64,000 bases of DNA from Nemertoderma westbladi (GCA_032718475.1 JAUCBJ010006695.1:124001-188000); one strand, 5' to 3'; positions 12,927 to 25,800 are shown, numbered from the stretch's first letter. Program-made: numbers and translations. Notes: generated from the sequence alone by a model not told the origin.

Positions 12927-15634
12927 GCTTGCTACCGGTACTCTACTCATCAATCATCACCCATGTCGTTTACCGAATATCTCTCAACCAAGAAACGAGG
13001 ACAACAACCACACACACAACTGGACAACCACACACACAACTGGACAACCACACACACAACTGGACAACCACACACACAACTGGACAACCACACACACAAC
13101 TGGACGGCCACACACACAACTGGACAACCACACACACACAACTGGACAACCACACACAAAACTGGACAACCACCTAAAATGAAAAATGATGTGTGTGTGG
13201 TTGTCTGGCCACTTTGGGCTTCCGTACTAATGTAAGAAATTTTGTGGAATTTTGGACCTTTGCCATTGGCCAGCCAGAAGGGCCAATGGTGAATGGTAAT
13301 GTCCAAAATGCCACAAAATTGCTTAGATTTTAGAGCCTTATGACTTAGGGTTAGGGATACATGACAGGTTTAATTCTGTAATTAGGGTTTCGGGCCGTCA
13401 TTTCACTTTGAATTATAGGGTTTCGGACCGCCACTCTCGAAATCTGGTGTGAAAATGATCTGTGGGGGGGGTAGGGGCATTTCATTTGGTGCTAGGCGAA
13501 AATGCCGGGGGGGGGGGGGGGGGGTGGGCATTCCGCGCGGGGGACATTTTCGCCTGTGACACTGTCGTACTGCCATACTCTAATAACAATCTTGCCATCT
13601 TTATCTGTATTTATATTTTAAAAAATTATTTTCTTATAAGCACGGCATGGGCCTACTACAGTAAACAACAGGCCTATCCCAGTATATCACAGCTTATCAG
13701 GGAGTCAGGGTCAACCATACTAGACTTGAATTGCTCCGAATTTACATCAGTACGTGGTTTACAATTACTGAAACAAATTAGGCCTACCTAAAATTACCTA
13801 AAAACAAAATGTTTATAATATCCGAATATGTATAAGTATTTATCTTGGTGCAATGCAGACGAGTAGTGTCTACATCATTGTCCCGAATAGGGTGTTTCCC
13901 TTAACTTCTATGGGGCTTTCTATTATTCCTAACTGTCCCAAATACGTTGTGTAATGATTTCCAACCTGTCCAATATAGGGGCATCCAATCAAATCATCAT
14001 ATGAGCCAACTCCTCATCATCGGACCAATACCAACATTCCTAAAGTTAAGCATCTCCCTTATTGGCTATATAATGTAAAGGTTAATGGAAAATTCCACTG
14101 ATATATAATCCAAGTGTCAACTACGAATCCGGGGCTCATTATAACAACCTATACTGGACCGAGCAACGTATTTGGGACAAGAGCAGGTTGAGGTATATGG
14201 ACAGTGGAAATTTCCATTCTAAATAAGGTCATTTGGAATACATGTTCCCTAGTTATTTATGGTTAAAGATATACTATGGGTGCCTTGCAAATGGCCTGTA
14301 AGACTGTGATGCATTATAGGCTATAGTGTCATTATAGTCACATTATTTCATTTCATGTTGTGCAATTTATTCATGTTTGCAATTTATTCATGTTGTGCAA
14401 TTTATTCATGTGGTGCAATTTATTGATTTATAATAAATCTAAATACATTCGTATAATAATAATTAATTGACAATCAAATTAGTGATACCGCACCCTCATC
14501 CCCCAGACTCATCTTCATCCGAAATAGTTCTTACTAAGTCTTAAATTTGCCTCAAATAGGTTGTTATTGTCCCATATAGGGTGTTAGTGTCCCATATAGT
14601 TTGATTGTGCCCAAAATAGCCTGTGGCTTTAAAAAATTATTTCAAATAGTTTATAAATGTAAAGGAATACTGAAAAGAATATCGACTTCATTCATAACCC
14701 ATATAGGGTGTTTTTGTTCCAAATAGCGTGTGACTTCCTCAAAATGAGTTCAAATGGTTTCTAAATGTCATGGAATACTCAAAAGAATATAGAATTCACT
14801 ACCATAACTTTAATTTCAATTTGTCCCAAATAGGTTGTTTTCATACCATATAGGGTGTTTGTGTCCCATATAGGGTGTGAATTGCTTATAATGATTTCAA
14901 ATAGTTTCTAAATGTAATGGAATACTCAAAATAACATAGAATTCACTACCATAGCTTTAATTTCAATTTGTCCCAAATAGGTTGTTTATGTCCCATATAG
15001 GGTGTTTGTGTCCCATATAGGGTGTTTGTATCCCGAATAGTGTGTGACTTTCTCAAAATGACTTTACATAGTTTATAAATATAATGGAATACTAAAAAGG
15101 ATATATAATTCACTATCAGAATTTAGATTTAATAATTTAGAAACTTTTTAAAATCATTATAAGAAATTTACACACTATTTAGGACACAACCACCCTATAT
15201 TGGACATAAACAACCTATTTGGGACAAATTTAAATGAAAGCTATGGTAGTGGATTTTATATTCTTTTGAGTATTCCATTACATTTAGAAACTATTTGAAA
15301 TCATTATAAGCAATTAATACCCTATAAGGGACACAAACACCCTATATGGGACAAAAACAACCTATTTGGGACAAATTTAAATTAATTAAAGTTATGATAG
15401 TGAATTCTATTTTCTTTTGAGTATTTACATTATATTTATAAACTATGTTAAATCATTTTGCGAAAGTCACACGCTATTTGAGACAAAAACACCCTATATG
15501 GGACACAAACACCCTATATGGGACACAAACACCCTATATGGGACATAAACAACCTATTTGGAACAAATTGGAATTAAAGCTATGATTATGAAGTCGATAT
15601 TATTTTCAGTATTCCTTTACATTCATAAACTATT

Positions 15635-16915
15635 TGTACGCGCTTTTGAAGACCTTTAGCAGTTTGACCTGCCAAAATTTATATGTCTTTTGGTTTATAA
15701 ATATACTTTAGAAGAAGACAAATATTTTATACCAATAAACACAACATTAGCAGAAGCCAGCCTAGTGCGCGTCCATTCACCCGCTGGATAATCCCGGGAG
15801 ACTGGATTCTGTCGGCTTAAATTATTATTGCAGTGAAGCTTACGGTATTGTATTATTCGATTGATCGTTAATAATTAATTTCTGACTAATATTATTTACT
15901 TTCGGGAAATATTAACAGTTCCTTTAGGACGTGGCGCTCTATCTAGGTAAACAGAGATATGACTTATACTAATCACAATGGTAAGTCGGTAAGGCTTAAG
16001 ATTCACGTATGAGGCGCATTCTTTAGGAAATGCTTAGTTATCAATCACAATCATGCACACTACCGGTAACACACAATACTGCTCACTAATTTGCCGACAG
16101 TCAATGAATTTTATCATATATAAAGAGAATAGCAACGGACCAATGTAGTGCTTATCAAATAGCATTAAATTCACTACAAACCACAATAATATAAGTCGCA
16201 ATCGCTATATATAACCCGTCTCTCTAACCTGTAGTGTATCAAGAAAATTGGGAAATTTGGGTTCTTTATATATGTTCTCCAAATAATATTCAACCAAACA
16301 CAATAGTAAACAGCAGTATAATAATGTATATTGAACCGATAATATAAAAACAGAAACCAGTTGATATGAATTGAATTGCATTGAAGTGATAAGAATTGTT
16401 GTTGATAACAGTCATACGCTCTATAATTTTAGCCTACTAATGTTTCTTATAAAAGTATGAAACGAATTGATTCTAGAGCCGTTGTTCCTGGCCTAGACAG
16501 CAATAACAACAAAGTATCAAGAAAAAACTGTAAGACTGAACACACTCCTTATGATCGACCGAAAAGCTACACGTCGACAGGAAAAATCTCTCTGATTGGT
16601 TCAAGCCAAACAAAGAACCATGCGTCCAATGGCTGTTTCCATGTCAGCAACCAGCTGTTAGATGTCGTAATATGAATCATCACGGCTAAGCTATGAAGGG
16701 TATTTGTCACATTGCAGGTTTTTTGTCTTACCATGTCCGCTAAAACACGTATATAGCAGAATGACTTTTATGTCCGTTAAAACACCTGTAACGGTACCTT
16801 GAGGGCGAGGGGAATATTTATACAGTTAGAGAACCTTTTTAGAGTATTCCAGCGCCTGGGGGGAAACTGGATTGCGAAGCAAAGGGGCCAGTTATATCCC
16901 ACAGAAGCTTTTACA
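15635..16915 (-). repeat. 3' LTR of element A
   Basis: Direct repeat of 33053-34333. Only 2 mismatches noticed by eye. Confidence 0.97.
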
Positions 16916-16923
16916 CCGCTCCC
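16916..16923 (-). other. Short polypurine tract GGGAGCGG abutting the 3' LTR
   Basis: Minus strand reads CTGGGAGCGG|TGTAAAAG. Identical in element B at 48864-48871. Confidence 0.7.
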
Positions 16924-16993
16924 AGAAAATGGGATTTGAGTCTATAAAATATACAAAATCACAGTTTCTAATATACGTAAATACTCTAAACAG

Positions 16994-19900
16994 TTAGTCT
17001 TTCTTGCGCGGACGGCGTTTACGCAGTTTTTTAAAGCTAGCAAGAGTCCTTTTCTCTTTGGGGCGAGCCACTTTACAAGGAGGGCTATAACTCCTGGGTG
17101 AAGGGTGCAATATGATTGCATCAGAGGGTGTAGGATTATGGTCGGTGTATCCGCCAGTCGAAGTACCGGGTTGATTGACGTCAACGTCAGGTGAGAGGGG
17201 TCTAACGGCTTTGAGAGCTCGTTTCAAGACAGCCGCTCTTACGGGTCCTTTACGAGTGGTCTGAACGAGGGCCGTGGGTGGACCATAGGCAGTTAGAAAC
17301 TTCCGGGGTTTAATGGTCCTTTCCAACTCGCGTTCGCGGGCTCGGTATTCGTAAGGCCTTCGATGTACTTCCTGCAACTCGGGATGTGAGTTAACAAACA
17401 AGTCTCCATAGTCCGGATCCTGACGGATATAATTGATTAAGTTATAGGAATGAAGGTCGCTAGGATTAACACTCCTGAGAAATTTGCGTACGAATTTAGT
17501 TGAAATACATTCTCCGACGCGCTTCAGTAGCTCGTAACTCGATATGCGTGATTTCTGTTCAACAGAAGCGAATAGATAAGGATGGAACGCATAAACTCCT
17601 TCGTAAGCGCGTCCGGGATAATAGCGATGGCGCGAATCACAATGTAAATCAGCGTTCGCTTCCCAAGCTCTGATGTAACGCAGTGTGATCATTTCATCTA
17701 CGCTTTCTAAATCGTGATTAAAAGGGCAGTCGAAACTAGCATGTCCCTTTAGTTGACAATGGTGACATTGAGTCATAAATTGAGGGCAAACCGCAAAGAT
17801 ATGCAGGTTATTGAGTCTGCAATATGCGCAATAAATTTCCATAGTTGGTTGTTCTTGGAAATAGGAACAGCGGACGTTGGTGTCCATGGGAGTATCGTGG
17901 TCTCTCGAGGCGCATAACTGACAACGTTGCCTAGAAACATAGTTGGCATGGCGATAATCGTACGCCGTGAGACACTGTGGGCCTTGATACCATTCTATGA
18001 TGTAATCGTTGTCGCTGGTCCGGGGCGCGATAGGCTGAATCTCTTCAGATTCTAGACATATTGGTTCGTCTTCCAAGTGCATAGCTGAAGTGGGTGTGTC
18101 TGTCTCTTCAGGTGGACCTATCGTCTGAATTTCCACAACAGAGTAACCTGTGGGGATTCGAGGTCTTTGTATAACTGAGGAGTGCAAGTTCGATATACAA
18201 ATCTCTTGGAAAATGGCGAATCCAGCGCTATCCAACTTCTCTGCAGCTGAGTTTCTTAGGCTGAGTTTGGTCAAAGCGCGGTCTTTAAATTGGCTATCCA
18301 CGTTGCGAAACGGGGTTAAAAATCGCCGGAAACATTCGAAACGGATGAATTTATTATGTTCATCTAGCTTGGCGAGTTTGGTCCCAAGTATTAATGGATG
18401 GGCACGTATAGTACGACTGCACACATCGGCTAGCCAACCGGCAAGTGCGGTGTTTTCAAAGATCGTGTATATAGCTAAGGAGGGACGGAGTGGAACACTC
18501 ATGAAGCTATACACGGCGCCAGGTGCGGTCAATGGTCCATCAAAGTATAATCGAGAATAATGGTCTCCGTATACCTGTTGATAGTTAATGGGATTTCCGA
18601 CCTTGAAATTCCATCCGTATTCCTGAAAGGCAAGATGTCCGATGGAAGTTCGTTGCACCTTGGTAATGTTGCTAGACGTATTAGCATACATGGTGCGGAA
18701 GAAACCTCGACCTTCTGCCCAGGGAGCAATCAGCTGAGTATCAACGAAAGGGTATGGAATGTCCTCCATATTCCGAAAGTCGTTTTGGAGATCTCCATAA
18801 ACAGCTGAGCCGATTTTAAGGATTCTTTTGTTGAACAACATCTCGAGTACGGGCTGGGGTAACATCGATCCATCGATGCCCATGGCCGGTTTGCGTTCGG
18901 TGTCAATGACGTAACGCTGCGCGAGTTCGAATTGTCCATGTCGGAGATTCTTTTGTGTTTCGGTGAGAGTTTCAAAAGAATAATCAATCAAGTCGGAACA
19001 CGCTCGAGTAAACACGTGGGTAGAACCAGCTAATCCGCGGATGTGGATCATGCGCGTAGTTCCTAGCTCTCCGACCGGAACGCTACCTTCATTATCGTAG
19101 GTGACAACTCCATACATCTCAATAACATTAAGAGTTTCATTCCACTCCTTGGTGGCGTTCTCTAGGGTCATCCCTACTGGATGCCACAAGGTGGCGCATT
19201 GGTTAGCGTCAGGGAGATCACTATACTTCATATGCCGAGTGGTATACGTCTCCACATTTCCAAATCTTTGTATTTTCTCTTCTTCAAATAATACATCTAG
19301 ATTCCAATGGACTAATCGAGTTTTAATAAATCCATCGAGGTTATAAGGAGGTTCTATATCTTTCTCGATTCGAGAAATGTTATATGGTTTTCTAAATGAG
19401 TTTACCTTTACTAACTGATCCAGATGTTTCTGCAATTGTTCAAGTTCGACAATGTCGAGAGGATTTATTAGTGGTAGAAACTTTAAATCATGTGTCGGGT
19501 CTTCTGGTTTTACCATATAATATTGGGTCAGATTAACGTAATAAGGGTGGTCTTTAATCCCGTAAAACGAGTTCTGTAAAGGTCTAGCGCGTATGTTGAC
19601 ATCGTGTACCATACGACGGACAAGATCCGCTCGATTGTCCGGAGGTTCAACGAGTATACCGTCAACACGAGCGGCCTCGATCGGCGGACGCTGTAACATA
19701 GGGGCGTCAGCGATGAGGTTTTGCGATCCTGTACTGATATCAACCGGTTGAGGTTGTATCGTCGCGAAGAGCTTGTCTCCGAAATGTGGAATCATAGAGG
19801 GACGACGAACGGTTTTAGAGTAGAGGTCCGTCATGAGGATTTGAGCTTCAGGTTGGGCTAAAGCGGCTTCTTCTCTTTCTTCCAGTTTCGTGTGTTTCTC

Positions 19901-21247
19901 TTCGATTAGATTTTCTTCCGCTTGTCTCTGTAAGCGTTCATCTAAAAATTCTTGTAGAGAATACGTGCGTCCAAGCTCGATGTCTTCCTCGAGGTTTTGG
20001 ATTTCTCTATCGAACTGTGGCAAGGCTAACTCCTTCACCGATTGGACTTGTTGTTGTAATTTACGTTTCTCTAAACAATCTTGTGTCCCCTTTCCGATTT
20101 TCTGTCGAATGGCGTCTAAAGCGTTTCTTATAACACTCTCCTCGACTTCCGTGGCGGGTTGTATCGGGTTTAATCCTGGACGATTGTAAGGATCAAAGGG
20201 CGATATTAGCTGCCTGCGTCCCAATCCGGCTAAGTAGGATGGGCGGATGTCTAACGAACCCACTACCGGAGCACCACCGATTAGTTGTTCGGGTAACACT
20301 AAGTCTTTGAACAGGGAATATAGTTCGGGAGGATCAGTGATACTGTTAGGATCAAGAGTTTGAGGTCTCACTAGGGAATGAGGAGGCCTGACCGAGTATT
20401 CCGGAACTCTGATCATGGGTTTATTCAGTGATCGTTTAAGACGAGCGATCGTGGGTGGTATGTCGAACAGGTTTCGCTCGAAACTCCCGTAAGTGTAACG
20501 CGTAAAACTATGTTTAGCGCAACGTCTCCGCGGATGTTTATGTCTTTCAGTTTGTTGGTTAGGTCTAGGACATTCGTCACAATAATACCAAAGAAGTACG
20601 TCCTGTAGAGGAAACGCGGGTGTTCGTTCTCCAGTTTTGCAGTATTCTTCCATTTGTTCAAAACTATCCGGGATAACAGGTAGTGGACGATCGGCGGTAA
20701 GATACATCATAGTGAAATAGAGCCGTTTAAGTTCTAACACAGGGTCGTGATGTATACCTTGAGGATATCGAGTCTCTAAGTTCTGCTGACTAGCGACATT
20801 GAGATAGGTTTCTCTCAAAAACTCTAAGTATTCGTTGAAGTCGATGCGTTTATCCGGTTCTTCAACGTTTTCTCTTTCCAGTCTATTACGAATAGAATTT
20901 TCGTGATCTATTCTCGGTTTATCGTTACGACTCCACTGGGTATGATATTTAAATAGAACCATTTCCCTTTCTGTATCTTTATCGTCCGTATCATGTAAAT
21001 CGATAGGATGGCCGGTCGTTAGGAAGTCCATATACGTACCATTATGATTCGTATAGCGAGTGGTGAATTTTCGATAGTCCAATTCACGCGCAAGTTGCTC
21101 TTGGGACATCGGCGGTTCGATATAACGACCATCGTCCTCCGTAATGGTTGGATCGGCTTCACCGCGTATTAAGCTATCCACAAATGCTTGTAAAGGTAGA
21201 GTATATCGCTCCCTAATACCAAGATCATCTTCTATTAACTCCATCAT
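16994..21247 (-). CDS. Retrotransposon ORF3, 1417 aa: DEDDy-like 3'-5' exonuclease domain, CCHC zinc knuckles and basic C-terminal tail
   Basis: ExoI VVTYDNEG. WRN/EXD-like stretch LPQPVLEMLFNKRILKIGSAVYGDL...FVDTQ. ExoIII-like PLRPSLAIYTIFE. Canonical knuckle CHHCQLKGHASFDC plus two variants. C-terminal KKLRKRRPRKKD. Confidence 0.85.
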   Translation of the reverse strand: MMELIEDDLGIRERYTLPLQAFVDSLIRGEADPTITEDDGRYIEPPMSQEQLARELDYRKFTTRYTNHNGTYMDFLTTGHPIDLHDTDDKDTEREMVLFKYHTQWSRNDKPRIDHENSIRNRLERENVEEPDKRIDFNEYLEFLRETYLNVASQQNLETRYPQGIHHDPVLELKRLYFTMMYLTADRPLPVIPDSFEQMEEYCKTGERTPAFPLQDVLLWYYCDECPRPNQQTERHKHPRRRCAKHSFTRYTYGSFERNLFDIPPTIARLKRSLNKPMIRVPEYSVRPPHSLVRPQTLDPNSITDPPELYSLFKDLVLPEQLIGGAPVVGSLDIRPSYLAGLGRRQLISPFDPYNRPGLNPIQPATEVEESVIRNALDAIRQKIGKGTQDCLEKRKLQQQVQSVKELALPQFDREIQNLEEDIELGRTYSLQEFLDERLQRQAEENLIEEKHTKLEEREEAALAQPEAQILMTDLYSKTVRRPSMIPHFGDKLFATIQPQPVDISTGSQNLIADAPMLQRPPIEAARVDGILVEPPDNRADLVRRMVHDVNIRARPLQNSFYGIKDHPYYVNLTQYYMVKPEDPTHDLKFLPLINPLDIVELEQLQKHLDQLVKVNSFRKPYNISRIEKDIEPPYNLDGFIKTRLVHWNLDVLFEEEKIQRFGNVETYTTRHMKYSDLPDANQCATLWHPVGMTLENATKEWNETLNVIEMYGVVTYDNEGSVPVGELGTTRMIHIRGLAGSTHVFTRACSDLIDYSFETLTETQKNLRHGQFELAQRYVIDTERKPAMGIDGSMLPQPVLEMLFNKRILKIGSAVYGDLQNDFRNMEDIPYPFVDTQLIAPWAEGRGFFRTMYANTSSNITKVQRTSIGHLAFQEYGWNFKVGNPINYQQVYGDHYSRLYFDGPLTAPGAVYSFMSVPLRPSLAIYTIFENTALAGWLADVCSRTIRAHPLILGTKLAKLDEHNKFIRFECFRRFLTPFRNVDSQFKDRALTKLSLRNSAAEKLDSAGFAIFQEICISNLHSSVIQRPRIPTGYSVVEIQTIGPPEETDTPTSAMHLEDEPICLESEEIQPIAPRTSDNDYIIEWYQGPQCLTAYDYRHANYVSRQRCQLCASRDHDTPMDTNVRCSYFQEQPTMEIYCAYCRLNNLHIFAVCPQFMTQCHHCQLKGHASFDCPFNHDLESVDEMITLRYIRAWEANADLHCDSRHRYYPGRAYEGVYAFHPYLFASVEQKSRISSYELLKRVGECISTKFVRKFLRSVNPSDLHSYNLINYIRQDPDYGDLFVNSHPELQEVHRRPYEYRARERELERTIKPRKFLTAYGPPTALVQTTRKGPVRAAVLKRALKAVRPLSPDVDVNQPGTSTGGYTDHNPTPSDAIILHPSPRSYSPPCKVARPKEKRTLASFKKLRKRRPRKKD

Positions 21248-21288
21248 ATCTGCTATCTGAGTTTATTAATATCAAATAAGTTTGTATT

Positions 21289-21440
21289 TAGGCGAGCGGG
21301 CGTCGCTGCCTACTTTTCTTTGCCCCCGGACAGTGGGATTCTCAGCGCTGATGTACCGTCGTCGCGGTGTTTACGCCAACATGTAGCAACAGCACGACAA
21401 CGATAACCGGCACAAGTCACTCCACTGTCCGTCCCAAAGG
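21289..21440 (-). ncRNA. Predicted structured cis RNA element just upstream of the ORF3 start
   Basis: Nested stems CGGACAGTGG/CCACTGTCCG and CGTTGTCGTG/CGCGACGACG plus a TAGGC...GCCTA hairpin. Conserved at 47152-47303. Confidence 0.55.
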
Positions 21441-22868
21441 CTTGGATCCACTTAGGTTCTTTCTATAGGAGAGTTGGGCTATTTTTACAATTGCGACTAG
21501 CTACGGTAAACATACTTTAGCAGTAACATTCACCTATAAACGCACAAATTCCACACAACTGTCAACAACTGCACACACACAGGCCATTTGTCCGTTAGTC
21601 AGTGCCTTCCAGAATGTCACTTTATTACTGTGTATCCTTGGATACTAACAGTGTGCTATGTATTCTCTATGCTAGGCAATGGGACAAGCTTTCTATTGTT
21701 CTTTTAACTTGCTTCTAATTCTAGCGTGGGTGTTGCTATGGTGACATTATGGAATGCTAGCGGTAGAATTAGGGTAATTCTCATGCATACAGATCTGGGA
21801 TGCTATTTAATAATAATTCTTTAATTGTCAATATCCTCTCTATGCATGATTTTGTTAATTTTATCGGCTATTGACTATATGTTGGAGATTCTCGCACTCT
21901 AATACACTCAACAGGATGAATCTCCGCTCCCATGATCTATTAATTAATGGAATTTTGGGAATGTTATAAATTGTACAAAATGACAATTTATGAAATTCAT
22001 GTAAAAATATGAATTTAAATTTATTCCCGTGAATTTTATTATTTGATGTTAAAATTGACACAATTTGATTCCAGAGCAGGTCTGGGGACATAGGATCCTT
22101 AATTCTATGAAATTTGTCTTTTAAGAGTATCGGGAAGTGCTACGATATCTTAATCGACTAGAATTGTTAACGGATCTGAATTTTACAGATTTTAATAAAT
22201 ATTAAATTAATATTTAAGATGGGCACCGATTTATTCCAGAACTTGTCTGGTGACGTTAACCACTGATTCTAGAATTTGTCTTTCAAGTATATCGGTGGAT
22301 GCCGCGATATCTTAATCGACTAGAATTACAGATGGTCAAAAGGTTTAACAGATTTATTTGCGTTTTACGCTACTGTTATATGGACATCACGCTACTATAT
22401 GTATTATTTAATATAAGGTAGAAGAGCAATATCGCACGAAGCAATGTCAGTGTGAAGAGGCAAGTCGTTTCCAAGGTCTACCCAGAGCTTGGTTTAGCCG
22501 AGACACGAGGATCTGAACTTTGCATTCCTAATACTCTGCCTACCGATAATACTTGAACATAGTAGTGGCTTTATTGTACTTTAAGAAGTACGGACATTTC
22601 ATCTTACTGTAGTCACGTCTTTATAATATGATACGGACAGTAAGGAAAGAGAAAAATTATTTCTCGCCGTCGCACTAAATATATTATAAGTAATTACGTA
22701 CGTAATAAACACTAATATATTGCACTAATCTACTAAATAATCACTAAAATAACATTCTACTAAATAAAATTGAATAAAAACGATTATAATAAAGTACATA
22801 ATAAAGTTCACATATAAAAATATAACAAATAGATAAAATAATATAGTCATACACCCACTCCAGACGTA

Positions 22869-25800
22869 TCACGTTAGGGAGTCCCTAGATGTTTGAGGTA
22901 TTAGGGAGGTGGTCGTGGGAAGAGTGTCTTGCCTTCCATAGTTCCCGGAGAGTTCTCTGTCTCTTTCCAGTAAACATAAACGACCAACTGGGCGATTGAG
23001 TTGTTGCGTCTCAAAGATGATGCCTGGTTTCTTGAAGTTACGCCGCATGACGATGAGTTCTACTGAGCGTACTAAACCATCATCTGAAATGTGTGTCTCG
23101 ATGATACGACCTGTCTGCCACCGTTTACGCGGGAGGTCTGGATCTACAATAAGCACCATATCTCCGGCGCTGACGTTTTCTTGCTGCGCAAACCACTTAG
23201 TTCGAAGTTGTAGCGTGGGCAGATAATGTTTCTCGAAATGGTCAGCGAAACGACGGGATAGCAACTGCATAAGTTGCCAAGTTCGACGGCAGTATTCGTC
23301 TCCGTCGGCAATCTCCGATCGTGGGAGCATGGCTACGGGTTTCTTCAGTAGGAAGTGCGCGGGTGTTAGCGCTTCCAGGGAATCGGGACTCGATGAGACT
23401 GGCATAAGCGGTCTCTCGTTGAGATAGGCAGCGATTTCCTCCATTGACGTCCGCAAAAGTTCGTCGGTGAGATACGCGCGGCATGGCACTATAAAGTGAA
23501 ATGCGGTTTTGACACTTCGAATTAATCTCTCCCAACTTCCTCCCCACCAAGGGGCGTCGGCAGCGTTGAAGGTTCAGCTAGACGCTGTTATCCTTAGCTG
23601 GTCGTCCACCTGTCTTTGGTTCCAGTCCCTCACGTAAGCCTGTATCTCGTTGTTGGCACCTATGAAGTTCGTTCCTTTATCCGATCTCATGGTATTACTC
23701 ATCCCGAAGCGAGCGATCTGTCGTCGTAAACTTAAGACGAAGCTGTTAGTAGATAGATCGTTCACCATATCGAGATGGATGGCTCTACAAGTCATGCACA
23801 CGAAGATGACACACCATCTCTTGACTATAGTCCTCGCACGATATACTTCAATAGGGCCAAATAAATCTACACCAGTATTAGTAAAAGGTGGTTCATAGAA
23901 GCTTACTCGTTCCCTAGGTAATTCTGCCTCTCGCTGTGTTAAAGGCCTACTGAATGCTTTCCTACAGGGTATGCAGTTCCTAAGAACTTGGTTCAGAGCT
24001 CTACGGGGTTTATCAAAATAATAGCGAGTTCGAATTTCGCTAAGAATTCGTTCTCTACCAGCATGGTAAAGTTTACCGTGAACGTCTACAATCATCTTGA
24101 TTTGTACTTCAAGATTTCTAATAAGTATGGGGAATTTGGTGTCAAAGGATACGGGCGCGTTGGTGAGTCTTCCTCCAACACGTATTAACCCATCTATCAT
24201 TGTGCTCGAGAATCGATCCCTTAAGCGCATCTGTGGATTTCTCAACAACAGGAAGTACTTTTCGGAATCCTCATAGCATTGCAGGAGTCTCAGTATCTGT
24301 TTATTTGTTTCTTCATACTCCTGGTGACTAATTTTCTCTTTTAGAAAACGATCAGATATCCTATATTTGGGTAAATTCTTAATAACATGAACTTGTGCAG
24401 ATGTCAATGGAGCGTGATCACTAATGGTCTTCGTCCTGGAGTAGTGATGATGAAAACATCGTCTTAAATATGTGACGGCTTTACAGAGCCGATTCCAGGA
24501 ACTGTAATGATGCATTGCTCTCTGCAGCATGGGTGAGATTCCTTGCGAGACGTCTGGTATTCCAGATTTCCAATCTCTATCTCTAATTTCCACAACAGAC
24601 TTATTTGTGTTGAGGGATTGTGGATCCGAAACATCATTCCCGGAAGTGTGTAATACGGATAGATCGATAGTCGGTTTAAATAACTTCGATTTACTCGCCC
24701 GGGTTTTAGGTTTGACTGTCTCCGTTCCCTTGGCTTGTCTAATCTCTGCCGTAGTAAGGTGAGGAGGCCATTCATCTTCTTCCTTGCTCAGGAAGTCGGG
24801 TCCACCCAACCAATCTGGAGTATCTATCAGTTCCTGTGGAGTTGCTCCCCTGGAGGCGATATCGGCTGGATTAATTGTACCAGGGCAATGTCTCCATTGA
24901 TCTATCTTTGTGCGACTAAGAATAATAGCTACTCGGTTAGTAACAAAAACGCTAAACTGACAGACTTCATTGGTGAGATACTCCAACACGAGTAAAGCGT
25001 CGGTCCAATAAACCGTTTTCTCCAGTGGATAGTCGATTTGTTCCGTTACGTTCCGGCCGATGGCTGTAGCGTATAAAGCCGCCTTTAACTCCGCTCGAGG
25101 AACCTTTAGCTTGTTGTTAATCAATGCCTTAGAGGTAACCAAGGCGACTTTGATTCCATCCGGAGTTTCGACTCGCAGATATGCTACTATACCTATTCCC
25201 ATGTCGCTGGCGTCTCCAAACACATGGAGTTGATAGGAATACGTAGGAAGAACATGGCCAAAATATGCACGGGAAATTATAAAGTTCTCGATGGCAGGTA
25301 GAGAATCTTCCCATTTCATCCATTTCTTCAACAATTCTCCCTTAAGCGGATCGTCCCATGAGTGGTTTTCAAGCCACATCTGTTGTACTAAACTCCGAGC
25401 AATCAATATAACTGGGCTAATAAATCCCAAATGGGTCGAAATAAGTGCTCAGGATACTTAAACAAATCCGTTTGGTCCGAACTGGATTATCTCGCTGTTT
25501 CAACTGAAAAAACAGGATGTCTCTTTCAGTGTCCCACTTCAAGCCTAGCGTCTTGGTTTCAGGAAGATCGTCCTTTATTAAGTCTAGGTCTTTCGCTCCG
25601 CGATCTTCTACCGGTATGGCTTCCAGAAACTCACGGGAGTTGCTAGTGAATTTCGTCAGTCGAAATCCACCTCTTTTCAAACACTCTACCGTTCCTTTCG
25701 CGACAGCTATGGCTTCTTCTACTGATGGAAGGGACCTTAAATTGTCGTCCATGTATATATTGCGTTTTATGTTGTCTATCACTTCTTTGGAGAAGGAGTC

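Larger units (their letters stand above)
7148..13561. mobile_element. Large foldback-like element or inverted duplication with ~1.5-2 kb arms
   Basis: 7148-8640 is an inverted copy of 11450-13561. The ends are TGTCGTAGGCGAATATGTCCCCC and GGGGGACATTTTCGCCTGTGACA. The same minisatellites occur on opposite strands. Confidence 0.7.

Noticed and set aside
16994-21247. ORF3 as an envelope gene
   Set aside because: No signal peptide, TM anchor or fusion-protein Cys pattern is seen. It has nuclease and knuckle motifs instead.
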